Assembly (NCBI RefSeq): GCF_964355755.1
Contig: NC_092672.1
Span: forward strand, 30,882,437-30,946,436
From: Antedon mediterranea
Taxonomy: Eukaryota; Animalia; Echinodermata
DNA: 64,000 nt
Direction: 5' to 3'
Below the pieces are notes generated by a model that saw nothing but the letters and a program-made list of their open reading frames with translations, was not told the origin of the DNA and did not search any database. Both the position numbers and the translations under genes were made by a program. Positions 1 through 12,245 of the stretch are shown here, in pieces. Numbering within the stretch: the first letter of the stretch is position 1; each line of letters opens with the position of its first letter.

Positions 1-676
1 ATGTGTATATTTTTATTTCTAATGTTTCAAATAGTTTTTAGTAAAATGATCATTATATGCGGATGGTTAAAAGGCGAGTTACTGAAATAAACCCCGAATA
101 AGCCAAGCCATATTGTGGAGATGCGCCTTCTATGATCGTGCAGCTGTTTCCCCTAACAATACTTTGCTGACGGGGTTTCCCCATTTTTAAAAAACATGCA
201 CTTGTTAGTGTTAAATCATGGAAAAACATGTACGATCGTTGTCCATGGCGAGGTAAAGATGACGTCTATTACTAATAACCATACGTTTGAAATGTCTATA
301 GGCCTCCTGCATGTGTTTTTGTGAAACGATCCAATGAGCTATAGATGCTCGACGCGATTATGAGATCATGTTCATTCATTCATCCATTCTTTATTTATCC
401 TTTAAAATCGAAATACATTTAAAACGTAGGTTACAAAATCAAGACACGTGGAAATCTAAGGAGGCAAGGATAAGCAAAAGCAATTAAAATTGCTGTAGCT
501 CACAGGTGCTTATCCATAATACGAATAATACACTGTTTCTATAATTTGACAGTATGATTTATATATAATTTACGTATACCGTATACGTCGGCGATAGGCC
601 TACTATAGATGTAATTTGAATATCTTTTATTTCTTCATTTATAATAATCATCCCGCTCGATCCATACAAAATAGCG

Positions 677-830
677 CGACCGATTTCAAACGCGACCGAT
701 TTCAAATGCGACCGATATCATCAAAAGTATAGCTCTAGCGGCGCGCCATACAAAATACCGGAAGTTGATTTTATCGCGACCGATTTCAAACGCGACCGAT
801 TTCAAGCGCGACCGATTTCATCTGACACCC
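677..830. repeat. Two clusters of a 16-bp repeat (GCGACCGATTTCAAAC-like), probably subterminal repeats of a DNA-transposon remnant
   Basis: Three copies at about 677-720 and three at about 776-820, followed by TCTGACACCC. Confidence 0.6.
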
Positions 831-1727
831 CTCTAGCTAGGCTAGGCTGACAGCAGTGAAGTTTGTTTTGCTGTCACCCGACCTTGGCCTACCCATGGGC
901 CATGATAGGGTGCCTGAATAGTTGCTTTTCAGTCAGGTCTAAGCTTGCACATCGCTTTACTATTCTTAACTACTTTTGTTCTGTATAGGATTTTGTGTTT
1001 CACAATTCTTAATATGCGAGAAAACCCAGGAACGATAAATGGGGCGAAACGACCATGCCTATGAATACATAGGCCTCTAGACAAAAATTCAAGGCTAGCT
1101 AGACTGAGCAGACGGCTTAGCTAGGCCTAGCCCTAGCTTAAAGTTAAAAGCAATCTGATAAGATTATAATGCTGTTGTTGTACAGTGAAAATCATGAGGT
1201 TACATGTAAATTATACTGACATTCTTATCGGAAATATTACTTAGGCCTAAACAAATCGTATTAATTGTGTGTATAAAATGTATTCCCCATTTTTCGACAC
1301 ATAATTTACCAAAGGTAAGAAATTTCCACAATGCGTTGACCAGCGACTAAAACGCGTCAGTCGCTAAGTGTAACGCGTTTCGCGACGTATTGTAAACTAA
1401 TAACCCCTAAGTTACTGAAAAACTGTAATTTGTTAAAAAACACTATTTTCTGACCGATTTTTTAGAAATGAGTTTTTGGAAAATGTTTCCGTATTTTTCC
1501 TGGTTTTTTTTTTATGTAATCACTTTCAATTAAACATACTTAAACATAATATAAGCTGAGAAAGTCTGAGTGTAGCTCCACTTTAATTTAAAGAGGGGAC
1601 ATTTAACAAACGTATTTTATATTGGACTGATTAATTTAAGATTGCATAATTTGCTAGTTACTAAGTTATCATCATAGAGGAAAATCGAATTAGAAAATCT
1701 GAAAATGTTAAATAAATTCATATCTAA

Positions 1728-4053
1728 CAGTCGAGCAGCAAAGTGCTCATTTAACCGTTAAAACGCTGTTTTTTAACTGCGCAGGTCACTGAGCATCGCC
1801 AAGTTATAGTGACTTCCGGTTCGCTTTTCACTTCGCGGCAAGCATTTTGCATGGGAATACCCTTACAAATCTGCTGCAATTTCCACCATCCGGGTTAAAT
1901 TATATCTTTCTATATTTGGAAATTGTTACTCCTAATATGGAAGATTATTCCCGCCACAAAATTTTGGTATAAATAGCCCAGGAAAGGACGACAGAGCTTA
2001 TTGAAGAAAAAAGTGCAGATGGAGGTGTTCGTTGAGGTAGGCTACATGATTTATTTGTTTGGTTTCGTAGGGAATCCGGCACTTTTCTCATCAGCACGGA
2101 ACCTTTATAAAAACTTAGTGGTTGGTTATTAGGTTATTAATCTATCTTTTCTGAAAGTTTAAGCTTGGTTCAGCTTGTGGGACGGATTCAATATCCGTTC
2201 AAAGCTGGGGATATATTCTAAGCAGACTCCATCTTGGATTCGTATGTTTAGTACAGGCCGTGTGGTTGAGTAATTTCAATCCTTCAAAATCACTATGTGC
2301 AATCCGTTTTTAAACCAGTTAATATACCAAAATATGTTATTAGTAGCTTTTTTATTTTGGATTTGGTGCTAGTTTAGTAAATATTGCAATATAATTGTAG
2401 ATTATTTGGTTGTAAAAAAATGTACCCAACTTGTAGTATTATCTAGGCCTAGGCTAGGCCTAGCCCATTTGACGGAAACCCAGTGCTATTTGTAGGCGGA
2501 TAGAGAGGGCCGCAGGCTAGTTTTTAGTGGCATATCGCCGACTTATTATAATCAATGTGAAGCCATATTATTATTATGTTTAAAATGTTGAATCTATATC
2601 CACTTGATTATCATTATGGATATATATCGTCGGATATTTAAAGAAAGGCCTAGGCTAGGCCTAGACCTTTTTATTTAATTAATTTAGGACTATATTACGG
2701 GAAATTCTTTGCCAAAGAAAAGAAAATACGTTGTGGCTGTTGGAGGTTTGTAAATATATGACAATAATGTAGCCTTAGCCTAGGCTAGGAAGGACTGTGG
2801 TAGGATGAGGTAATTTGGATGGTCGTACATATGATATTTATATATACAGTATTGTGTATAGTAGTGATCATGGCGACAAAATTTAGGATGACTAAAGTTG
2901 ACATTAAAATTATTTAACTATGAATAGCTCATTATTGGTGTTTTTTTTTTCTTTCAGGTTTCTAAGAATAAACTATCAGACTTGTGATTCATCTTGTACT
3001 GCAAAAACAATCCTATTTTGATATTTGTAAATTGATGTACGTAACAGACGTCTTTAAAAATAAAAAAAAAATAAAAATTTTATTATCGCGATGATTTAAC
3101 TCAAATATTGACATATATAACTTGATATTTTAGCCTGAGCAAGATAGTTTGATAGGCATATTTTACTTCGATGTAAATAAGATATTACATGTTATACTGT
3201 ATGTAAAATACTTTTTTGTAAATAAAATTATTTAATGGTGGTTAATTTATTAACTTGTTAATTTGTTTGTTAGTTATGATGTTATACTATTAATTATTTA
3301 GTTAGTAACCAAAGTGGAGTGGATTCGTGGCAGTTGCAACTTGACTGTAATATGCATATATATAATAATATTTACTTCTTCTTGGATAAAGTTAAAGCAA
3401 AATAAGCAATAATAAAAATTAAATATTTATTTTGCCATAAAGAAAGCAAAAACTAAACATACAGTACTATATGTACAGTAATACCATGGACCTATAGGTC
3501 CATAGTAATACATACTGTAGTATTGAGCACCAGTAGCAGAGACGTCTGGACAATCGAATATAATCGTTATCAGCTGTCTGGGTACCCAAGGCTAGTGCTA
3601 AAAAATGGCGAAAATTCGTGTATTCATTCGCCGTCAGCGAAATGAATCCGGCACTTTTCTCATCAGAAGCAAATCAACAAATCCTTTTATCAGTTTGTTT
3701 TGATATATAATCTGGATAATATATATTAAAATGGCCTTGGTTCAAGCATGTTTAACAGGTAAAATCAGATTTTTTCCTACCTAGGCCCCTTAGCACTGCG
3801 GTACCCTACGCCGTGTGGGGGAACCGATCTCGGCAGTATTTCTTAAGTAGCCTATCTTTCGTAAAATCCTTAGTTGAATTTTATTAATATAAATTTAATT
3901 GTATGAATATGCTATTTAAATGTTATTGACATTTTTTTTTTTGCTGCATTTTGTAATTCCGCACTACTTGCTTTATCGCGATTCCAAGATGGCGGCAATT
4001 CAAATTTTGATTTGGTAATAATTCGCGAGGTCAACCACTTTGCTGCCCGACTG
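1728..4053. mobile_element. Non-autonomous DNA transposon with 18-bp TIRs and a 4-bp CTAA target-site duplication
   Basis: CAGTCGAGCAGCAAAGTG at 1728 and CACTTTGCTGCCCGACTG at 4036-4053 (1 mismatch). CTAA lies directly on both sides (1724-1727, 4054-4057). Joining the flanks reproduces a paralogous uninterrupted sequence at about 7171-7250. No transposase ORF. Confidence 0.8.
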
Positions 4054-4731
4054 CTAAGTAATCTGCACATTGTTACAGAATGAAAATATTTATTTGTTGG
4101 TGTGATTGAAAAAACAAAATCAGTTTTAAATACAGCAGAAACAAAGACACTTTATGTTGTTGATACATTACATCAAATTCTAAATAATAGAAGAAATAAA
4201 TTGTAGAAACATTTTTACGTAAATTTACTGTATTTTTCGTAAAAAATTAAATGACTACACCGCCATATACCTTAACCACTTTAGGAAAAGTAGCCAATGT
4301 TCATTTTTTGTTCTGCATAAAAGGTTTACATATTTACACATACAATTTGACCCAGCATACCAGATTGTCTTATAATTTAAATGAACCAAAAGTATTCAAT
4401 TAGCCACTTGTTTAAAAACGTATACAGTAGATCTACAGTGTACAAAAAGCGTCGGTATGTACCCCTCCCGGCGGCAACTTCACTGATATTGACTGATTTT
4501 ATTGGAGAAAAATAAGTTTACATACCTTCATGGATTTTTTTATTCTTCAAAGAACACGGTAACAGTAATTCTATAAGAATGAGTTTTGTTTAGTAGTTTT
4601 ACAGACAAAACCAATGAAAACCCCAGTTTAAAAAAACAGCCATTGTTTAACAAGTGACTCAATACAAATTATTCAGGAACTATTGACAAAGTTATGTGTA
4701 TCCTAAAAATACTGATGTTGATTAGTCCTAG

Positions 4732-5220
4732 AACAAGGCCATATACATGGCTGCAGTCGCGTGCTCAAGTTAGTGTTTACCGACCGACCAACCAACCGAC
4801 CGATTGACCGACCGAAATTGCTGAACAGAGATCGGGCAAAAAGAGTGCGTATTAACGTTTTACGTGCAGTGCGCGTGCAAAAATCTGCACACTCATTGCA
4901 ATTTTGTAAACACTTAAAATTGCCTGAAACTTACTCTAATTTCATCGAAAATAAATTTGAAAATTTGAAAAAATGTTTAGCGAGCGTACGCATGCGTTAT
5001 AAAAATTATGCATTACGCATGTAAATGTATTGCCATATGATAAAATATGACCTGAAATTTATGAGTACCAAATTGTATTTAATTGTGATTCATGCTCATG
5101 AAGATATGATTACAAACGTGATTTCGTTAAATCGTGCGTAGACCACGTAATTTTTGATTGCGCACCGTTAAAAACATAACCACATCGAGGCCTGGCCATA
5201 AGGAATATACTTGGTCATAT
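4732..5220 (-). mobile_element. Partial DINE-1/HINE-like (non-autonomous Helentron-type) element
   Basis: Shares AACAAGGCCATAT..ATGGCTGCAGTCGCGTG, (CCGA)n and internal sequence with the copy at 5360-6762. It lacks the other end. Confidence 0.65.
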
Positions 5221-5359
5221 AAAAATGACATGGTCATATAAAAGTTAGATTTTTTTGAATAATTGTAAATAGTGGAAAAATAATTTTACAAACATGAGTA
5301 TGTTCAGTAAGTTTCACATTCAAAACAACCACCGTCTCACCCTAATGTAGACTTTCTAT

Positions 5360-6762
5360 AACAAGGCCATATAGATGGCTGCAGTCGCGTGCTTAGTGTT
5401 TACCGACCGACCGACCAACCTACCAACTGACCGAAATTACTGAACATGTTTAAAAATGTTGAAATGTTTAAAAACAGTTATATTTTTTTAATTTACACGT
5501 GCGTAGCCTGACACTTTTGACGTGCACGTATAACGTAATTTCGAGTTGAAAAGTAAGTCAAGAAAACAGAAATCGGGCAAAAAGAGTGCGCAATAACATT
5601 TACCGTGCAGTGCGCGCGCAAAAATCTGCGCACTCATGGCAATTTTGTAAACGCTTGAAATTGCCTGAAACGTACTCTTATTTCATCGAAATAAATTTTT
5701 AAAAATTTTAAGCGCGCGTACGCATGCGTTACATGCGCTACGCACGTAATTGTATTGCCATATGATGATTTATGCCCTGAAATTTATGAGTACCAAATTT
5801 TATTTAATTGTGATTCATGGTTGTGAAGATATGATTTTACCACACATTGACTACGGTGCTCTTCTCTGGGGCACCGGAAGTAAAACAAACATTAATAAGA
5901 TTCAAAAACTTCAAAATCGCGCTATGCGTGTAGTTCTTCAAGCTCCACCTCGCACCAGCACTCACATTCTTCTAACATCTCTACACATCATGAATGTGTC
6001 ACAGAGGGTGCAGTACCAGGTAGGCTGCCTAGCTTTTAAAGCCATGAACAATATTGCCCCTCGATACATCACCCAACGATTTTCCACTGTTCCGATACAC
6101 TCTATGAGGACTAGGGCTGCTTCCAGGGGAGACTTACTGGTACCCAAAGTTAAATTGGAATGTTTCCGGCGCTCTTTTATTTATTCTGCTTGTATTTTAT
6201 ATAATGTATTACCTTCTGTTTTGAAAGAATGTACCAATATTAACTCGTTTAAATTTAATTTAAAAAAACACATTTTATCGTAATTGTTCAATTGAATTTT
6301 TTTTTTTTTTTTTTTTTTTTGGATAATTATTTTTTTATATAATAGTTTTAAATTTAAATGTATATAGTAGATTCGTATTAGTTAAGTATAGTTTTATATA
6401 TTTTGTCATTTTTAAGAGGGCCCCTGAATATCAGCTGGCCTGCGGGTTCAGCTGGAAGGGTTACCCTCTATAAATAAAGTTGAAATAAAAATAAAAATAA
6501 AAAACAAACGTGATTTCGTTAAATCGTGCGTAGACCGCGTAATTTTTTATTGCGCACCGTGAAAACATAACCATCGATTCCTGGCCATAAAGAATATACT
6601 GTGAAAAATTGACTTAGCTAGATTAAACTGATATCAAATAAGGTCAGAAAGCGATAAAACGAATAGTGATACCACACCGACAGACAGACCGACAGACCGA
6701 CCGACAGACCGACCGACCGACCGACATAGTGAACTATAGAGTCGCTTCCACGCGACTAAAAA
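5360..6762 (-). mobile_element. DINE-1/HINE-like element interrupted by a LINE fragment
   Basis: Subterminal inverted repeats AGTCGCGTG / CACGCGACT, palindrome AGTCGC-TTCCAC-GCGACT, a (CCGA/CAGA)n microsatellite and a short terminal hairpin GCCAT-ATAG-ATGGC next to an A/T run. This matches the described DINE-1/HINE architecture. Confidence 0.7.
5837..6503 (+). mobile_element. 5'-truncated non-LTR retrotransposon (CR1/L2-group) 3' end
   Basis: ORF 5750-6283 contains PHIDYGALLWG...KIQKLQNRAMRVVL...RRSFIYSACILYNVLP...FKFNLKKH, typical of the RT C-terminus. It is followed by a 3' UTR and an (AAAAAT)n tail. The sister HINE copy reads GATATGATT|ACAAACG uninterrupted (about 5103-5117). Confidence 0.85.
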
Positions 6763-9675
6763 CAAATAAAGCCATTACTTATTATGACTCAAAATATTCG
6801 ATCAGGTTGTTACAAAAAAGCTATTCTCAATTCATATTGCTACTATTGTAACCCTCTAAATATACAAGACATAACGTCCAATAGAGGGCGGCAGAGAAAG
6901 AAGATAAATAAGACCGAGTACATGTGTAGATATAAAAGGAGTGAGAATAAAACATCCATAACCACTATACATATTGGAAGTGTGTATTTTCATTATTATT
7001 GGAGTCCGGAACATAACATAAAATATCAAGTATATATTATATGTTATACTATTCCTAGGAATATACAATACCGATTATAGCAGCAGCCGCGAAGTGTATT
7101 TAGTGTACGTTTTAGCACAATGTCAGACTGGTGAATTGAAGATTGCGTATTTTGACAGTTATTCATTTATTATCATAGAGAAAAAATCAAATTAGAAAAT
7201 CTGAAAACGGTAAATTAACTAATCGGCACATTGGTACAGAAGAAAAAGGTTTAATTACAGATGTGGTTAGGAACAGAACAAGGACACTTGATTTGATACA
7301 TTATATCATATTCTCAGTAACCCCAATTGAATTGTAGAAATCAAATAAGGCCATAACTTTACATGACTCATAACATTCGGGAACATTGTTTAGGTTTGTT
7401 ATAAAAGAAATTTTTTTAATTCACGTTGCTAATATTCGTATTTAATATATATTTTTTGTAAAGAGTTAAACAATTGTTTTCTGTCATTTAAATGACTACC
7501 CAGCCAAAGAAGGTTTAGGCCTAAATGTTTACACAAACAGTTTGATCAGATTTTATTGTAATTCAATTGAACCAAAAGTATATTCAGTGACTTTTTAAAG
7601 AAACTATTGATCATCGACATGTTCCCTCCCTTCATTGATATTGACTGATTTTACTGTAGACAAATTAATCTAGTATACTTCCATGTAATTTTGATACTTC
7701 ATCTAAAAAGGGTTAAAAATATTTTATAAAAATGAGTTTTGTTTGGTAAATTTTAGAACATACCCCACTCTCTTTACACCTTCCTGTTTCCATCCATCTA
7801 AACCTCGCTCCCTCCATTAAAACATGATGTACAAGGTTTTTTTATTTTATAAAATCCGAATGAAGCAATTACTACGGTTTTAAAAACTATTGATACAAAC
7901 ATAATAATAGGCCTATATTCTAAAAAAACATCGGCATATAACCCTCCCAGCGGTAACTTCACAGATATTGACTGTCAACAAATTAGTCTACATACTTCAT
8001 GAATTTAATTTTGATTCGTCTAATAAGGGTTTAAAAATAGTCTATAAAAATGAGTTTTGTTTAGTAGGTTTTACAGGCAAAACCATTAACAAGTTAGTCT
8101 ATATATTTTCATGTAATTTTGATACTTCATCTAAGAAGGATTAAAAATATTTTATAAAAATGAGTTTTGTTTGGTAAATTTTAGAACATACCCCACTCTC
8201 TTTACACCTTGATTTTTGTCAAGGAACCATAGTTATTTTAATCAATAAAAACTAAGAATTAAAGTATAGGACTCTGGGAAAAAACTCAAACAAAATGTAA
8301 TTTCAAAAAATTATTAAACACAATGTAATTCAATGACTTCTCGATTTACCCAGCATACAGAAAAATGTACATATTATCCTACATACCATACGGGTTTCTT
8401 CCTGTTTCCATCCATCTAAATCTCGCTCCCTCCATTAAAACCCGATGTACGAGGTTTTTTTATTTTATAAAATCCGAATGAAGCAATTACTTAATATTGA
8501 CATAGAACAGTCAGGCACGGTCTACGGTTTTAAAAACTATTGACAAAAATATATACCCTAAAAACCCACTGGCATACCCCTCACAACGGCAATCTTCCCC
8601 GAAAGATATTGAGATGGCTAGAAAAAAACTTACCTTCCAATATTGAGAATCCATTGGGCTGCTTTAGTTCATCTTAGAACAAAATAGGAGTTTGGTTTAG
8701 TAAGTTTTACAGAAAACAATAAAACTCAGTGTATCAAAACATAATACAGCTATACTGATCCATCGCATAGAAAGGCAAATAATTATAGGCATTTATAAAA
8801 CAAATAATATTGACCATGTGATATCAGCAATTATCACTGCTAAAATTTCTAGAAAAATCACAATATTTCACATACCACATGGCCCAAAGTCTTCGGATAA
8901 TTCTTGTTCCAGTACCAGTGATGAAGCCGGTATTGGTGACGGTGTTTGATAAGGTGTTTCTGTAATTTACATAAACATAGCAATTTGAATACATAAAGTT
9001 ATGAAATGGTCTTCCTGTTTGCATATGTGAGTCTGCTTACTTTTAGACGTCTTCTTAAGATACATCTGTTTCCGTAATTCATTAATAATAATAATAAGTA
9101 TTTTTTCTGCTATTTATTAATTTTTTATTTAAGGATTGTGAATACATTTTAACCTTAATTCTTTTTTATTGTAAGCTCTAATTCTTGTAATTTTAAGATT
9201 GAACATTTTATGTATCGATATTTGATGTACAGCGCTCTGATCTTTGTGGAAGGGCACCTTATAAGTACCATATTATTATTTAAAGACAGAGAAAACATAT
9301 TTAATAAATATGTATTGATGTTATGTATACCTAACTATATACCCTTAAGATATTTAGTTTGATCAATAAAATATAGAATCTATATGACTCTCGAAATAGA
9401 CTTAAAATTAAGTGTCATATAATTATTAAACACAAGGTAATTCAATAACATGTCCTATTTACCAGTGCCTAATGCATCTCTTTACAATCATTCAACAACA
9501 ATCGGGAGTTTAGAGAGGTGAAATAAAAGGGGTAATGATAGAATAATGAGATACAGCATTAAGTAGTACAAAATATTGTTAAAAAACAGTTGTTTTGGTT
9601 TGTTCAATTTGTTTTCTAACTTTGAGGAAAAATATCATTTTAGTTCCCGCCCTGTAGTAAATGGATATAGCAGGC

Positions 9676-10209
9676 CTATGTAGTAAACATACCTTTTAAA
9701 CAACTTTGTGCCACTTTATTTAGATGTTTTGCAAATGTTTCATAGTCTTCTTTGGAGTCCAAGAGTCCTTCTTTCTCAATGTGATACACAACATCCCATA
9801 TGTTGTTAAATCTAAATTCACCCAGTCGGTAGAAACCAATCACAGCTTTTAAGTCGTCTTCTCCAACATTAGTAAGCGCTTTAAACAGTGCTCCGCGGAA
9901 CTCTGTAAGTCTTGTCCCTCCTGCTGACGGTTCTCTGCTTTGGATAGTATTCTTGTATTTGTCTATACAATCTATTGCTGATGCCTGGTTAGTTGCTCTA
10001 GCAATGTCTAATAACAGCGTCACATTAGTTTTTGAAATAAATCCATGGCTAGTGAGCTTATTAAATAAGTCCATTGCCGAGTTTCTGTCAATACCATCTA
10101 GGTCTCCAATAGGTAGCATACCACAAAGAAGCATTTTTAGCCATAGGACTTTCACACCAACATATTGTTCACTAAGTTCACTCAAAAAAGTTTGGAATTT
10201 GACGTCCAT
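9676..10209 (-). CDS. Tandem death-effector-domain (DED-DED) protein, main coding exon
   Basis: Acceptor TTTACAG ends at 10218 and the ATG is at 10209. Two helical repeats with DED-like patterns: F..FL.ELSE...LKMLL...AMDLFNKLTSHGFISKTNVTLLLDI and FRGALFKAL..V.EDDL..V...IWDVVYHIEKEGLL. A donor AG|GTATGT at 9692 or the in-frame stop at 9676 ends the exon. A probable 5' UTR donor (GTGAGT) lies at about 11243. Confidence 0.7.
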   Translation of the reverse strand: MDVKFQTFLSELSEQYVGVKVLWLKMLLCGMLPIGDLDGIDRNSAMDLFNKLTSHGFISKTNVTLLLDIARATNQASAIDCIDKYKNTIQSREPSAGGTRLTEFRGALFKALTNVGEDDLKAVIGFYRLGEFRFNNIWDVVYHIEKEGLLDSKEDYETFAKHLNKVAQSCLKGMFTT

Positions 10210-10612
10210 TTTTATTCTGTAAATAAAATATTTATTGATCAAGCGTCATTCTTATCAAATTTCAAAATATAGTAACACACGTTCTGCAGGCAAAGGTATA
10301 ATGATTGTCTTTTACGTTGTCACGGAATTAAACTTGTACCTCTAGATGGGTCCCAGTCACGCTCCTAACTTTGTCTACCCGGCTTACTGTCATTCAGCCT
10401 ATTGCCACTTGACCTTTTGCCACCTGGCTAATTATCGCCCCTAAATTCCGCCAACTGTTGATAAACCACCGGACCTCATACCATTTGCCACCCAGATGAT
10501 TTTGCCTCCCTGGACAGGGCTTATTGCCCACCTGACCTTTTACATTGTTTAATTTATTTATGTATTTATCTTGACCACTAAATATTGTGATATTAAAAAT
10601 AGAACGTAATAT

Positions 10613-10733
10613 AACAAGGCCAATAGCCATAAGTCGCGTGCTAAAACGCATAGTGATACCGGACCGACAGACAGACCGACAGACCGACCGACCGACATAG
10701 TGAACTATAGAGTCGTGTCCACGCGACTAAAAA
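10613..10733 (-). mobile_element. Minimal (~120 bp) HINE-like element
   Basis: Both ends of the 5360-6762 family (AACAAGGCC..AGTCGCGTG and GACCGACATAGTGAACTATAGAGTCG..CACGCGACTAAAAA) with the interior deleted. Confidence 0.7.
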
Positions 10734-12245
10734 TGTCATAGAATAAATACGCGCTTTGATAAAGTTATTTGTAGATTTGAAGGCACGCAGGTACAGTAGA
10801 AGAAGATAGCAATCATTCATCAACGTCAAGACGGTAATTCATACAAAATTAATCTGCGCATGTGTATAGGTAAAATACTGTTTCGTTTAATAATGCTTTC
10901 TTTGTCTTTGTTTTTTTTCTGCCGTTCCCGAAACAAAAGCTTGTTCCATTACATAACAACCATGCTTTAGATTTTTTTTCACATTGGTTTAAATTCACGC
11001 GTAAATGGAGGCCGTGTGTAATTTCGCCTGTACAACATGCTATAGTATAAGTTAATACTATCTTTCTTAAGAATTTATTCCTCAAACACAATTAATAGCA
11101 TAATACGACTAACGTACTAGGCCTTCATGGTTTTAGATTAGGCTGTATTTCATTTATTTTCCACACATTTGTCACAAGGCCTAGCCTAAAATGTAATATT
11201 ATACAGTATTACTTTTATATAAGTATAAAACGGGCATACTCACGATTATTTATTTCAGTCCAATATTGAAACCTGCTTTTTTTTTCGTAAAGTAGGCCCG
11301 CACTACAGTTATACTGTACCTACATTGTTCAAGATGGCGTATTCTACCAAGTAGCGTTAACGTCGTCAGTCAAAATAATCATATTCATATAGAACAACAA
11401 TAGAAACAAATGATGCATACCTTATGAGCAATAACGTCATTACCTAAATATAATTCTCGTATTTCCCAGATATTCTTTTTTTAATTTCTAGTACATTTTT
11501 GTAACGTCGGTCTTTGAAGATACAAGAAGTGACCCTTGCATACATACGATCCTCTTACTCAATTTTAAAACTACTGTACTTGTTAACATCGTTTGTCTAC
11601 GATAAAACATTAATATTTTTACAGTTATCTGCAAAACATCGATTTTGAATATGAGTGTGGATTAGTATTAAATATTTTGCAAAACAAATTTGTATCTTTT
11701 ATTTCAATAGTAATCTTCTGTGTAGTATATACAAATAATGAATGTTTGAGTGCAATGACACAACATATTTTCATGAGTTGAAATTGATGTAATATTTCAC
11801 TAAAATTGATAAAATATTTGTTCCATTGCACACATATAAAATATTCATTAGTTGTTTTATATAACATAGACTTTTTAAATTTGATTGTAAAGTACATCAT
11901 TGCATCAACAGGTATGCATGGGAAATAGTATTTATTGATATCATATGACAAGAATCTAATGACAAGAATCTACTTGATGATCTACGAGATGTTTTTTTTT
12001 TCTTATAATTATTCTCTATAAAAGTTACCTATTATTACTACTTCTTCAGAACACACTCTTTACAAAGATTTACAGAATACACAATTAACTGGTCCACTAC
12101 TAAGAGAAAAAAGAAAGCCTCAGGAACCCTCTTACCGTAAAAACACTCTTTCTCCATTATTTCATTGACCACTCTACAGTGCATGCCTTTTATAATTAGT
12201 GCAGCAGTTTATTTAAAACATGTCAACCATTACATGTTTACATTA

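Noticed and set aside
9635-9692. Short terminal exon (GRELK*) just after the DED exon
   Set aside because: It would need an intron of only about 41 nt, which is unusually short, and nothing else supports it.
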